This document shows, in pieces, positions 1 to 11,200 of a stretch of DNA of 64,000 bases (position 1 is its first letter; each line of letters opens with the position of its first letter). Both the position numbers and the translations under genes were made by a program. The notes under the pieces were generated by a model, which saw only the letters and a list, made by a program, of their open reading frames with translations, had not been told where the DNA came from and searched no databases. This DNA comes from Lepidodermella squamata (taxonomy: Eukaryota; Animalia; Gastrotricha). Location: contig JBLDXI010000011.1 of the NCBI GenBank assembly GCA_047495785.1, positions 992,001 through 1,056,000 of the forward strand, given 5' to 3'.

Positions 1-485
1 CTAGGCCTAGTAAGGTCGTTGTTTCTGCACCAGCGTGATCTACAGGATTTGGGTCTTCAGCTGTCTGACTTCTTGCGCTGCACCTAAAGCGTGGGTACGA
101 GAACGTGGTATCGATGCGCTTTTTTGGGTCCATCGACACCCGGTGCGACTGCGCCCACTCGGTTGCGTTTGCCTCTGCGATGTCGACGTTGGCCTGTGAT
201 GAGCTGCCGAAGTTAAAATCGTCGGCGAACGTGTAAGGCTCTGGTGGGTCGTAGTCGATTTCTTTATTCGGCCGGGTCACCGAGCGACTAATTCCACCAT
301 AGAATACGAGCCATAGCGATGGTCCTAGTGCGCTGCCCTGGCATATTCCTGCGGCTTCTGGACGATCACTTGATGCTGCACCCGCCACTAGTACGCGGAA
401 ACATCCATCAGTTAGGAATGATCGAATGAGGGCATGGACTTTTCCTCGGATGCCGGCTCTCCACAGTATTTCGAGCAGCAGCGTG
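1..485 (-). pseudogene. Non-LTR retrotransposon reverse transcriptase fragment, running off the window edge
   Basis: Manual minus-strand translation gives ...GIRGKVHALIRSFL...GICQGSALGPSLWLVF...YTFADDFNF, i.e. the LINE RT GxxQGSxLGP and FADD motifs. Confidence 0.8.
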
Positions 486-3400
486 CAGATCGATTCAATA
501 TCTGCGTATCGATTTTCGAATTCTAAGATTTCTTAATACATTTAATTGCTGAGGAGCGTACTCCCAGATTATTTATTCCAATCTCGAACAACTGGTGTCA
601 TCGCTCACTAAAACCTGCTAACTACCGATTACCAGCTTGGCGAGATGAATCCTGAATCCTTTCTGTTGTTGTCGATTTTCGGCTTGACAACGACGCTATG
701 GATTGTCGACGTGTCGATAATGGGGTCGTCTTCCAATGTTGCCCTCAATACTTGGACAAGTTTCAATGGAAAGACGAACACTATCATGCCACACGTGGCA
801 CGAGCTGAAAGCGTGTTGCCAATCACGTGTTGTCTACAACCGATCAAAACAACAACGACGGCTGCTACTGTGAAACCGGACCATACCCAACCTCACCCTC
901 GAGTGATAGTGGCCAGGACAGCACCGCCAAATGGCGAACATCTGCTCGTTTTCTTCACAACGATTCCGCGAAACCCATTCACAGCACCGGATTCTAGCTC
1001 ACGTAAAAACTTTCTTTGCTTATTTATGATGCTTCTACTCCGAAGTGGAGACATAAACTTAAATCCCGGTCCTGAAAACAAACTGGTTCTATTTACGGAA
1101 ATTACGAAATTAACTCGATCAAATGACTCATATTTTTCTATTCAATGCTTCAATCTGCGAGGACTACGTAGCAAAATATTTTATATGCTCTCATTTCTCG
1201 ATGTTATAAGGCCCGACGTTCTGATGTTTTGTGAAGTGAATATGCCTGACGTTAGCGAAGTAAGCAAAAATAGGCCTAGTGCGATTGCTAGCGACATTGA
1301 AGAAAATTTCCCCTCTCACAAAGGCTACTGGAAACTACGTCCGGCAACGGACAATGTGAATCAGAACGTGGGTGGTGGAGTTGGAATTCTTGTAAGCAAA
1401 TCGTACCTTGTGTTAGATGATGCCTCTATTCCTTGTGCTTACATTGAGAATGTCACTGTTCTTGTAAAGGCTGATAAAGGAGGAACCACTGCTATCACCT
1501 GTGTCTACAGACCAAAATTCACTGAACCAACCGACGATGATTACTTTTTACTTCATGATCTCTTTGCGAAAGTTAAGGCCCGTTTTCCGACTGCTCAAAA
1601 TAACGTTTTTGGGGGTGATTTTAACCTAAATCTCATGAATATTGACAATGAACACGACTTCAAGGGAGTTATCAGCCCGCTGGGACTAGAATTGAGCTTT
1701 ACAAGAACAATAACTAGGCCAGCTTCGAATACAATGCTCGACTACTTTTGTACAAATTTTAGTTCGAAAAAAATCGCGCTCACAGGAGCGACCGAAGGAG
1801 TTAGCGATCATCGAGGAATCGCCATGGTGGTAACAACAGAAAAACCAACGATTGCTGAGCAATTGAATTCCCTCGGCAAGGATTACTCAAAACTAAACAA
1901 ATACCGATTTGTGGACGGGCTGCGCAAACGACTAAACTACCCCTTTTCATCAGACAAGAGCGCTGAACAACTTCTTGAAGAATTGAATAGGGCGATTGTT
2001 GACACGATAGCGGAAACAGTGCCAGATCGGAAAACAGCTAGTAAGAAAAAGGTTGCGCCTAAGGAAACCTGCGAACGGGATATAAATGCACTATTATCGT
2101 CTCGCGAAAAACTGCGATGTGACCAAAGACACCGTCGCCGAGTAAGACGTGCAAGGTATTGCCGCCAGGTAGCTGAAGCGGGTAGAAATTCGGGAAAAAT
2201 GTGGAGGGTAATAGAAAATTTTAGGCCTCGGAAAAGCAAGGCGTCCAATTTCTCACATCTGGATACTGCCCAATCGATTTCAAAGGCTAACGAATTTAAT
2301 TCCTATTTCGCAAGCTTAGGGCAATTAACTGCTGAGTCTATCGATACACCTGAGAACACCAGTAGGAGACCTGCGCCAGATTCGCGTTTTCACTTTCAAA
2401 CGATACCAGTGGCTACCGTGAAGCAATGTTTAAACAACTTATCGACAACTAAGCCTACAACCGCCTCGGACGGAGTCCCTGAATGCGTTCTTAAATCGCT
2501 GGGAGATTTCTTAGCACCTCACCTCGCTCTAATATTCAACAAAATTCTGATCGAACGTAGGATACCGAATGCTTGGAAAACCGCTACTGTCACTCCGATA
2601 CACAAAGATGGACCTAAAAACTTAGTCAGCAACTACAGGCCTATTTCCATTCTATCACCACTACTCCGCACTTTCGAGCGATGTCTGTCAATTCAAATTA
2701 AGACGTATCTTCATAGGATCGACTTTCTGTCGCAATCACAATTCGGGTTTAGAAAATTTCATTCCACTGATACCTGCTTAGCTAAAATGACAACAGACTG
2801 GCGTACCGCCCTGGACAATGGACTTACTACAGCAGTAATTAGCATAGACATGAGCAAGGCTTTTGATACTTTGAGTACTGTTGGGATCCTAAACTCTCTG
2901 GTAAGCGCAGGATTCGACCAATCAGCTATCGACCTCATAACTAGCTACCTCTCTGACCGCCAGCAAATAACCAAAATAAACAAGCAATACTCAGAAACTG
3001 CTACGCTCAGACATGGCGTTCCCCAGGGCTCTGTGCTTGGGCCGCTACTGTTTATCATCTATATTAATGAACTCCCGAGTGCTTCCGAAAAATCGTACGT
3101 GGTACAGTACGCAGACGACACAACAATATATTTTTCCGCAAAAAATGACTCCGAAGTCCAGGCCACACTGCAGAAGGACATAGACGAAGTTGTAAAATGG
3201 CTGGGCAGCAACTCACTGAAAGTAAACGGGAAAAAATCCCAATTGATGATTATCTCTTACAGTTCATCAGAACCAAAAATTGAAATCAAAATCGATGGGA
3301 AGAAAATCGATCAGACAAACTCGATGACATTGCTGGGCGTCATTTTAGATAACAAACTAATTTTCAATGACCATGTCGAAAAGGCATGTGCTAAGGCGAG

Positions 3401-4190
3401 AAAAGGGCTTTTCGCACTGAAATTAGCAGCGCAAAATGGCTTAAACCGAAATTGTCTCAAAGCCATGGCAAATGGGCTCATCTTTTCGCATCTGCATTAC
3501 TGCGACACAGTTGTCGGTGAGGCATGTGATACGTCTTTGCAAAGAATGCAAAGCCTTCAAGATAAGGCTGTCCGTATAATCATGAACGCCCCAGATCATG
3601 CCGACGCTAAGACCTTACGAAAAGAATTGGGATGGCTAGACCTAAAGGGCAAACGAGGCGTTCATTTAGCCACCTTAATGTATCGCTGTTTGGTCGACCA
3701 AGCCCCCAAGTCCGTACAATCTATTTTTTCAGCAAATCAGGCCATTCGGCAAACACGTGGTGCCCGACTGACATTCAAAATTCCCAACATGCGGCTGAAA
3801 ACGGGTCAGATTAGCCTCGCTTATCGGGGTCCTACTTTTTTTAACAAACTTCCTTTGTACATACATTGTCCTTACCATCGTCCTATTGATATTCTTGCTT
3901 ATACTGAATTACCTCCGGCTTGTACTTGTGGATTTAATGCTTGCCACAGCGCGAACGCGTGCCGTCAAATTGTTTATAAACACCTGATTTCAATAACGGA
4001 TGAACGTGTATATAGCAAGCTGCTGTCGATCTCAAATAATTGTTAATTTTTTGTACATCTACTTGACTCTTGAATTCTGAACAGGACCGAATAATCATGA
4101 CTTGTTGCTACCTTTTTTCTCATTGACAATTTTTTATAACCGAGCTCTCAACTGTGGGATAAATGCTCTTAAATAAATAAATAAATAAAT
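486..4190 (+). mobile_element. LINE A (CR1/L2-group-like), single ORF, (TAAA)n tail
   Basis: Intact APE-RT ORF, 3' stem-loop at 4142-4168 and (TAAA)n tail at 4170-4190. The 5' boundary is approximate and no TSD was seen. Confidence 0.85.
645..4046 (+). CDS. Leader peptide + 2A-like NPGP + APE endonuclease + reverse transcriptase (1133 aa)
   Basis: APE motifs (NLRGL, GDFN, SDH) and RT motifs (YRPIS, QFGF, DMSKAFD, GVPQGSVLGP, YADD). SGDINLNPG/P ends at nt 1073. Confidence 0.93.
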   Translation: MNPESFLLLSIFGLTTTLWIVDVSIMGSSSNVALNTWTSFNGKTNTIMPHVARAESVLPITCCLQPIKTTTTAATVKPDHTQPHPRVIVARTAPPNGEHLLVFFTTIPRNPFTAPDSSSRKNFLCLFMMLLLRSGDINLNPGPENKLVLFTEITKLTRSNDSYFSIQCFNLRGLRSKIFYMLSFLDVIRPDVLMFCEVNMPDVSEVSKNRPSAIASDIEENFPSHKGYWKLRPATDNVNQNVGGGVGILVSKSYLVLDDASIPCAYIENVTVLVKADKGGTTAITCVYRPKFTEPTDDDYFLLHDLFAKVKARFPTAQNNVFGGDFNLNLMNIDNEHDFKGVISPLGLELSFTRTITRPASNTMLDYFCTNFSSKKIALTGATEGVSDHRGIAMVVTTEKPTIAEQLNSLGKDYSKLNKYRFVDGLRKRLNYPFSSDKSAEQLLEELNRAIVDTIAETVPDRKTASKKKVAPKETCERDINALLSSREKLRCDQRHRRRVRRARYCRQVAEAGRNSGKMWRVIENFRPRKSKASNFSHLDTAQSISKANEFNSYFASLGQLTAESIDTPENTSRRPAPDSRFHFQTIPVATVKQCLNNLSTTKPTTASDGVPECVLKSLGDFLAPHLALIFNKILIERRIPNAWKTATVTPIHKDGPKNLVSNYRPISILSPLLRTFERCLSIQIKTYLHRIDFLSQSQFGFRKFHSTDTCLAKMTTDWRTALDNGLTTAVISIDMSKAFDTLSTVGILNSLVSAGFDQSAIDLITSYLSDRQQITKINKQYSETATLRHGVPQGSVLGPLLFIIYINELPSASEKSYVVQYADDTTIYFSAKNDSEVQATLQKDIDEVVKWLGSNSLKVNGKKSQLMIISYSSSEPKIEIKIDGKKIDQTNSMTLLGVILDNKLIFNDHVEKACAKARKGLFALKLAAQNGLNRNCLKAMANGLIFSHLHYCDTVVGEACDTSLQRMQSLQDKAVRIIMNAPDHADAKTLRKELGWLDLKGKRGVHLATLMYRCLVDQAPKSVQSIFSANQAIRQTRGARLTFKIPNMRLKTGQISLAYRGPTFFNKLPLYIHCPYHRPIDILAYTELPPACTCGFNACHSANACRQIVYKHLISITDERVYSKLLSISNNC

Positions 4191-4429
4191 CAATGCGTCG
4201 CTCGCCTGGATTTTCAGCTTACGCTAGGCTAATCTTGTCTAATAATTTTGATTATCTTGTTAATTGCAATGAGACACATTACTGCTTTTTTCTCGCCTAT
4301 ACCGAAACAAACTTTTCACGTGACAAGAGAAGATGCCCCGACCGTACCGTTGACTTCATTAACTGCTGCGAACGCGGCTATTTCTGAAAACATCGACAAT
4401 TTCGGCACGCCCATCACTACTAGCAACCG

Positions 4430-5050
4430 CGTCGGCAAGAAATATATCTGGCTGACTGAAGAGCAATGATTCCAGATCGCGAAAGTAGCGGCCGAAGACG
4501 GGCCGGCCACAGCCGCCTGCAAGTTTTCGCCAATTGTCGGCTCGCGGCTAAACGAGTCAACGTGTCGCAGCATTAGGGACCAGTATCGTGCGCGCCTCAA
4601 AGCTACTGCCGCTAACGAAATTCCTGAAGAAGTGACTAGCCTTCCCAAGGAATTCGGTGCTTCTCTTATGTTGCCTGATTCGACAGATCAGCACATTCAG
4701 GAGGTAAGACGCTGTTATTACCAATTATCACCGAGTTTCGCCAGACAATTCGCCGCCTCGCACTCGAAAACGGCGTTCCGCCGGAGCTTGTTATCAATTT
4801 CGACCAGATGGGCTGTAAACTCGTTCCTGTTGGTGATTGGACAATGGTCGATTGGACAACTGTCGAATCACGCGAAGAAACAACTCGCTGAGTGCTATCG
4901 TCTATCGTCCGCACATCGATGCGGACGGTTTCATAACCGTATTTATTACTTCTTGCTCTCGTCAAATTAATTCCAATGACTGCGGCCTTTATGTAATCGC
5001 TAATTTAGCCGAAATTGCCCATGATCGCCATCCATCTACATTGTGTGACC
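4430..5050 (+). pseudogene. Internally deleted pogo/DDE_1-type transposase fragments plus a Ulp1 (C48) protease fragment
   Basis: HTH-like IAKVAAEDGPATAACKF...LNESTCRSI; DDE_1-like VPPELVINFDQMGCKLVPVGDWTM (4775-4846); Ulp1-like QINSNDCGLYVIA (4963-5001). Confidence 0.65.
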
Positions 5051-5867
5051 ACAACACAATGGAAACCGGGCAGAGGGTGTGGCAAGGTCATTTTTTTCAT
5101 AAATATAAAATAATTTATTAGTGGATCGCACGACGGAAATGTTTCATTCCGGAGTCATTAGCAACGATAAATTGACCAATCAGCGTGCGCGCCAAGGTTC
5201 AACTTAGCAGTGGTTCCACAATGTAATGTAAATTTTAATCCGTCCAAGATTCGTTTTTTTGCAAAAAATTGTTTCGCAAACAAATCTCTTAGCTTATTTC
5301 CCAGCACGTCAATCATTGCGCATCCGCCCGCTTTCCCTCTGAAAATCGAGGTTCCACGAAATTTAATTGTACGAAATAATGCCTTTATTATTGCGGTGTT
5401 TTATCTACGTCGTATCTTTCATGTTTTAGCCTCGATTTTGTAACATTTGTGCACACAAGCCTCAGCCTGTTGCGTAATTACGCCACGCTTCAAATATGGG
5501 GCTTTTTGGTTCCTTCAAAACTGCAGTAAGTTTCGAAAAAAGATGAAAATGACAGTAAACGGCGTTTTCAGGCAGTTTCCTGCAATTACCACTGGAACTT
5601 CGCAGTATTTCGCAAAAAACGTGCACTTAATGCTCAGGGTATGATTGTACGGTATCCAGCATCCAGCCGTAGTTGATAGTACGGCTTGCAGTATATATGA
5701 TAACACAGCATAGTACTGTTGTACAAAGTACTGTCAGACATATGAAAATGCTGCTAAACTGATATCTCTTTGTCGACGCATCCCATATCTAATGCACTGT
5801 TGGGGATTTTCTTTGAAATCAAAATCAAAATCAAATCCACCGCCCTCTAAAATAATCTCCTGATCCC

Positions 5868-6333
5868 TGTCGTAGTCTAATAAGCAATTTAGTTGGATTG
5901 GGAATCCAACTAGTTTTTTGCCAATTTGCTCAAAAAACTAGTTGAATATCCTGTAATAATGAATCCTATACCAAGCATTTGGCTCAAATGTCAAACTATT
6001 ATGCAACTTCGCGAAAATGTAGAGAACTCAGCCCTGAAGACGATCGGGAGTGGTTTTCTTGGCTGTTCTGTCACTTGTATTTCGCTGAGAGTGCAATAAC
6101 TCCACCTTAAAGAATTTAATTTTCCTGAATGAAATATGGCGCAAAAATACCTAAAAATGCATTTCCAACACTGTTGGACGCTATCAATCTAGTGGGTTGT
6201 TAAAAACCTCAGCCCCCTACAGGGAGGTAATGTTTTACGCAATAAATGTGTTTCATTGCATTATAAACTGGTTTTTGAAAGGTTTGCCTATTAAACTCCA
6301 ATCCAACTAAATTGCTTATATTAGACCACGACA
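5868..6333. mobile_element. MITE with ~35-bp TIRs (TGT...ACA termini)
   Basis: TGTCGTAGTCTAATAAGCAATTTAGTTGGATTGG at the left and its near-perfect reverse complement at 6298-6333. No TSD seen. Confidence 0.7.
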
Positions 6334-6467
6334 TATGCTAGATGCTAGAATCAACCCCAAAAACGCGGGAAAACATGTCCAAGAAACTTGCTGCCCGAAA
6401 TCTAGCATTGGGCTTCATTGTTATCAAGTTTTAACTCGTATCACAGATCATTTCAACTCGAAATTTC

Positions 6468-6597
6468 CAGGGCTGCAAAACCTGCGCACTTTCTCAAAAT
6501 GTTGACCCATTTCAGCAAATCTTTCGGCAATTTACGGTAATTTTTCAAAAATTTCCCGCACGCCAAGTGCGCTATTTTCGCATGTTTTGCATCCCTG
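6468..6597. mobile_element. 130-bp hAT-type MITE
   Basis: TIRs CAGGGCTGCAAAAC / CAGGGATGCAAAAC with a perfect 8-bp TSD GAAATTTC. Confidence 0.85.
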
Positions 6598-6942
6598 GAA
6601 ATTTCTGATGAATTTCTGTATGTTTGCACATACGGGTCACTTTCCCCATAATGTTTATTGCCGGAATCCCTAAAATCAAGCTTTGTTGCCCCATCAAATC
6701 TTTATTCTTCAAAATCCATCCCTGAACTAAAATCACAGCCAAAAAACGGTAAAATAAAATCTGCCGCCCTAACAGGTAAAAGTTCGCCCTCGTTTAATCT
6801 CAGCCCTCATTTAATAATAGCGCGCCCTCGTTTTGAAGAGGCGCGCCCTCAAAGTAAACAAAGTCGCTCTCGTTGGTTCACCACCACCGCCCAATTTCAT
6901 TTATTCAACTTGGGCGGCTTTTAGCTCATTTTTCATTTAAAT

Positions 6943-7153
6943 CAGTTCTCCGCAAACTCGGATTTTTTTCCGGCCGCGGCTGGCTGGGCAGTTTCTCAAA
7001 TAATTGCTGGAACGCGGCCGGATGCCTTAGTTTCGCATGATCAAAACCCGACAATCAGCTTGTTTTGCACTATTTTCAGCCAAAATTGTGGCCGGAGTTA
7101 AGGCTTTCCGGCCGCCAAAAATGCCGATGGTGAAAAACGTTTGCGAAGCACTG
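6943..7153. mobile_element. Degenerate hAT-type MITE
   Basis: Imperfect TIRs CAGTTCTCCGCAAAC / CAGTGCTTCGCAAAC; the TSD is degraded. Confidence 0.45.
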
Positions 7154-7201
7154 ATATCAAATATGAAATGTTCGAATAAGACGTTGATGATAGCAGCTGA
7201 T

Positions 7202-8013
7202 CAGTGCTGTTGATTTGATTTGATTTGATTTGACCATTATTTTCTGGAGTATAGATTTGATTTGATTTGATTTGAGAAATTGTACCCTTGATTTGATTTG
7301 ATTTTGTGTGGACACTTTTTCATTAAATCAATGCTATATAGGCAACGAACGCGGATGTACGAAATTGGCATTAGTGCGCCTGCGTCTATTGGCTCGTCGC
7401 ACGTGAACCTATGCTCGGCCGCACGTGAACCAACAGTTGATGTCCATCATGATTAGCTGTAACGCGATTGGTTGCTCATGTGGGGACTCACTAATATTTC
7501 CTAAATATGAAATCTGCCGCGCCATTGGCTGGATAGCTCATGTTTACCTGTTAACAAGTTAAAAATTGCGCTGCTGCTGTCTCAACGCTATCAGTTGATG
7601 CCCGTAAACAAATTGTAACGACAATCTATTGGCTATCAAGTTTTCCTAAGTAAATAAGCTACCCTTACTACACGTGTGTGCAGGTGTATCGTAACGCTAT
7701 TGGCGGAATGGTTGGCTCGCAATCGCACACGCACCGCGCGTTAATGCTATCCCAAACTAAGGCCTCAATAATTAAAGTCTAATATCAGTCCTAAGACCGC
7801 ATAAGCTCTTTCGCCATTTTCTTCAAAGAAAACAGCTTTAATTTGATTTGATTTGATTTGAATGGGAATGATTTGAAGCTAAAACTAATGGTGGTGATTT
7901 GATTTGATTTGATTTGACTTTTTAACATGTGAGATTTCATTTGATTTTGATTTGAAAAACCTGAGACGAAAATAGAAGATTTGATTGCTAATCAAATCAA
8001 TTCAACAGCACTG
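7202..8013. mobile_element. Non-autonomous hAT element with (GATTT)n subterminal arrays
   Basis: TIRs CAGTGCTGTTGA... and a perfect 8-bp TSD CAGCTGAT (7194-7201, 8014-8021). Confidence 0.9.
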
Positions 8014-8275
8014 CAGCTGATGGGCGATAGTACCTAATAGCACGGTCTACCATAGCACTTGGAGTAATAGTACATTCCTCCAAGCTTATAACACTACACG
8101 TTATAGCTTGGAGTAATAGTGTCTATTCCTCCAAGCGTTATAGGTTAGTTGTTGAGCGATCTGATAGCGATCGCTATTCGTAATTGGTCTTAGCTCTTAA
8201 ATAGCATTATTATTCTAATAGCTGTTAGACAAACTGAACAGCCAAGTTAGTTCCTATTTATTACAGGTAGTAACT

Positions 8276-11200
8276 GCATGTTGCGCGTTGTGATCTTAGC
8301 GGCCCAGTTTAGTGACCGGACATCGAGTCCTTCAAACGTAGCTGATCCGGCGTGTAAACACTCGAACGCAGATAATTCCTTGATCCCCGGCAAGTCGCTT
8401 TAACGCGGCGAGCTTGCAACAACCTTCGACAGGCGTGCGAGGGGCGCAGCGGGTGTGTGAACTTCAACGCGGTGTGCAAGTAGTAATAAAATGCTTGAAG
8501 AGACAATATCTGCGATTGAATATTAAATTTTCTGAGGGGACGGCTCTGACCGTTGACGATTAAATATTGTATATACTTCTCGAAACTAACATCGACTACG
8601 TCAACTACGGCAAGCGAAGTTGTGGATCGGCTGCCTGGCAATCAATCGAAGATGAGGCAGCTTCCATCCAACCCTAATAGGTTGGCTCTCGTGACAACGC
8701 TGTCATTTTTGCTGGCTTTCCTATCAGTCGTCACCTCTTCGGCAGTGATTCCTCCCCCCTCGGTACAGACCGGGCTCGAGGTTGCCCTGGTTTCCGAGAC
8801 AGCGGCAAGTCAAAATCCAGGTCAGACGGACAATTTTGAATTTTTGAATTTCATATCGGTTATGACGCCATTCGTAAACAACACCGAGGCCAAGCACGTG
8901 CCGCTCATGAAAATAATTCTTCTACTCGAAAGGATGCATCAGCTTGAAATTTGTTGCCCCATCAGTGTGCTTCCTAGCAACGGCGTGCTCAGATACGGCG
9001 TCACTAGCAACAGCGGCCCATCGGCCACTACTATCCACGACGGTAGAACAACGGAAACGCTAACTCAGGAATGGCTTTCAATATTCTTCTGCTTCGCTGC
9101 GCGTGACCCCTTCCGCCAAGTTACTCGCCAGCGAGGTTTCATTTTGTTGATGTTGCTAATCTCGGGACTGTCACCGAACCCGGGACCGACTCAACCAGCT
9201 CAACTGGTACCGCCAACAATGGATCACCAGGAACTAGTTGGATCGCGCTTTGCTCCGAACCTGCACTGCTTCGTGCAAGCAAATCTCAATGGCTTATTAA
9301 CAAAAGACAAGCTTCCGAACCTAGCAGAGTTTGCGGAAGTAGTCCGTCCAACAGCAATCTTTCTTGGCGAGGTCAAAGTGCTGGATGGCTGCATGCCAAA
9401 ATATGTTGACGACGCATTTGCAGAGAACTTCAGCGTTCCTGAGGACCCATATTTCGGCTACGAATGTTTTTGGAAAGGTCGAGCGCATTCGGGTGGTGGA
9501 GGCGTCGGCTTACTGGTCTACAAAACACACGCGGTGGTTGTCGAACGATCGCTGTCATCGAAAGTCTTTGAAAATTATCAATGCGTTGTAACACTACCAT
9601 CCGGGAAAATTCTTTCTATGACCTCGATCTACAGGCGACCCAAGGGCTCCAGCGACGAGTTCAATAACAACGATGCCGACGATTTAGAGGAATTTCTTCT
9701 TCTCTGCAAAGACATCACGGCTGACTACCACATCATCGGCGGAGACTTCAACTGGAACCTACGTGACGTAAATGTTGCTAGCGCGATGACTAAAGTGTTT
9801 GCTGACTTCGATCTACGACCAGCCTACACCCAACTAGTAACCCGACCCGCGTCTGAGAAATGCCTAGATCACTTCTGGACCAACATTCCTCAGGCCGAAA
9901 TAGCGCAAACTGGCACGATCATGGGTCTCAGCGACCACTACGCGACATCGTTGGTTCTTGATAACGACGGCGAGGAAAAATCAAAACCCCCGACAAATTC
10001 AAAATTTCGCGACTACAACAGTGTTGATACTGAACGACTCAATCAACTACTACAGGAGAAACTTGCGACGGTCAACGAGTCGGACGATTGCGAAACTTTA
10101 TGGTCTCAAATCAAACTCCGGCTTCTAGCAGTGATGGACGAAGTGGCCCCGTTGATCGACAAAGAACAAGCTAAAAAGCGAAATCGCCAAGCCAAGAAGA
10201 AGCATTTTGATCCAACGCTCACGCGGCGACAACGTCAACGACAACGACGCAAGGCGCGCCGTGCTGGATATCGTCGACGAGTTAAGGAGGCTGGCAACGA
10301 CCCGCGAAAATTGTGGCGAATCGTCAAAGATTTCCGTCCCAAGCCAAAGAACCGCAACGTCTGGACGCAGCTATCAAGAGATGAGTCATTGCAAAAGGCC
10401 ACCAATTTTAATCTGTTCTTCTCACAAGCAGGAAAAATCGTGGCCGAAAGTCTCGGAGGCTGTCTGAACTTCGCAAGACGTAAACGAAGCTCAACGCCGT
10501 TTACGTTTCGACCTGTCTCGGTCACCGATGTCGAAAAAGCGATCGACAAACTGAGTTACAAGGCTACGACCGGGTTCGACGGCATTCCCGAGTGCATCGT
10601 GAAGATGGCAAAGCCTTCAATTGCTCGGCATCTCACAGAGCTCTTCAACTTGGCCATTCGAGATGGTGTCTTCATCAGTGATTGGAAAACGGCTATTGTC
10701 ACACCGCTGCATAAGTCCGGATCAAAGGCTGAGGTTGGGAATTTTAGGCCGATTTCGATCACTTCACCGCTAGCTCGTACGTTCGAGCGTTGCCTGGCAA
10801 CACAGCTGAAATATCATTTGCGAGCGATCAAATTCTTAACACCGGCACAACACGGATTTCGTCAATACCATTCGACTGACACCTGCGTGGCATCGTTCAC
10901 CGAACGCTGGCGACATCTACTTGACAAAGGAAACGTGGTTGGAGCCGTGTCGATCGACTTATCCAAAGCCTTCGACACGCTCCACCACGATGGGATTATC
11001 GAATCTCTCCGATCCGCTGGTGTAACGGAAAAGTCAATTCGCCTATTGATAAACTACTCGAGCAATCGCCGCCAAACCACGAAAATCAACGGCGAAGCAT
11101 CCCCGTTCGAGTCAATTGATTGCGGTGTGCCACAAGGATCGGTCCTTGGGCCACTCATGTTTACAATTTATGTAAACGACCTGCCTTTGATTTTAAGGAG

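Noticed and set aside
6030-6055. CCCTGAAGA as a second hammerhead
   Set aside because: No stem II or GAAA core follows.
8553-8651. ORF-track start for LINE B
   Set aside because: It is a TTG start. The first ATG (8652) places the signal-like segment at the N-terminus.
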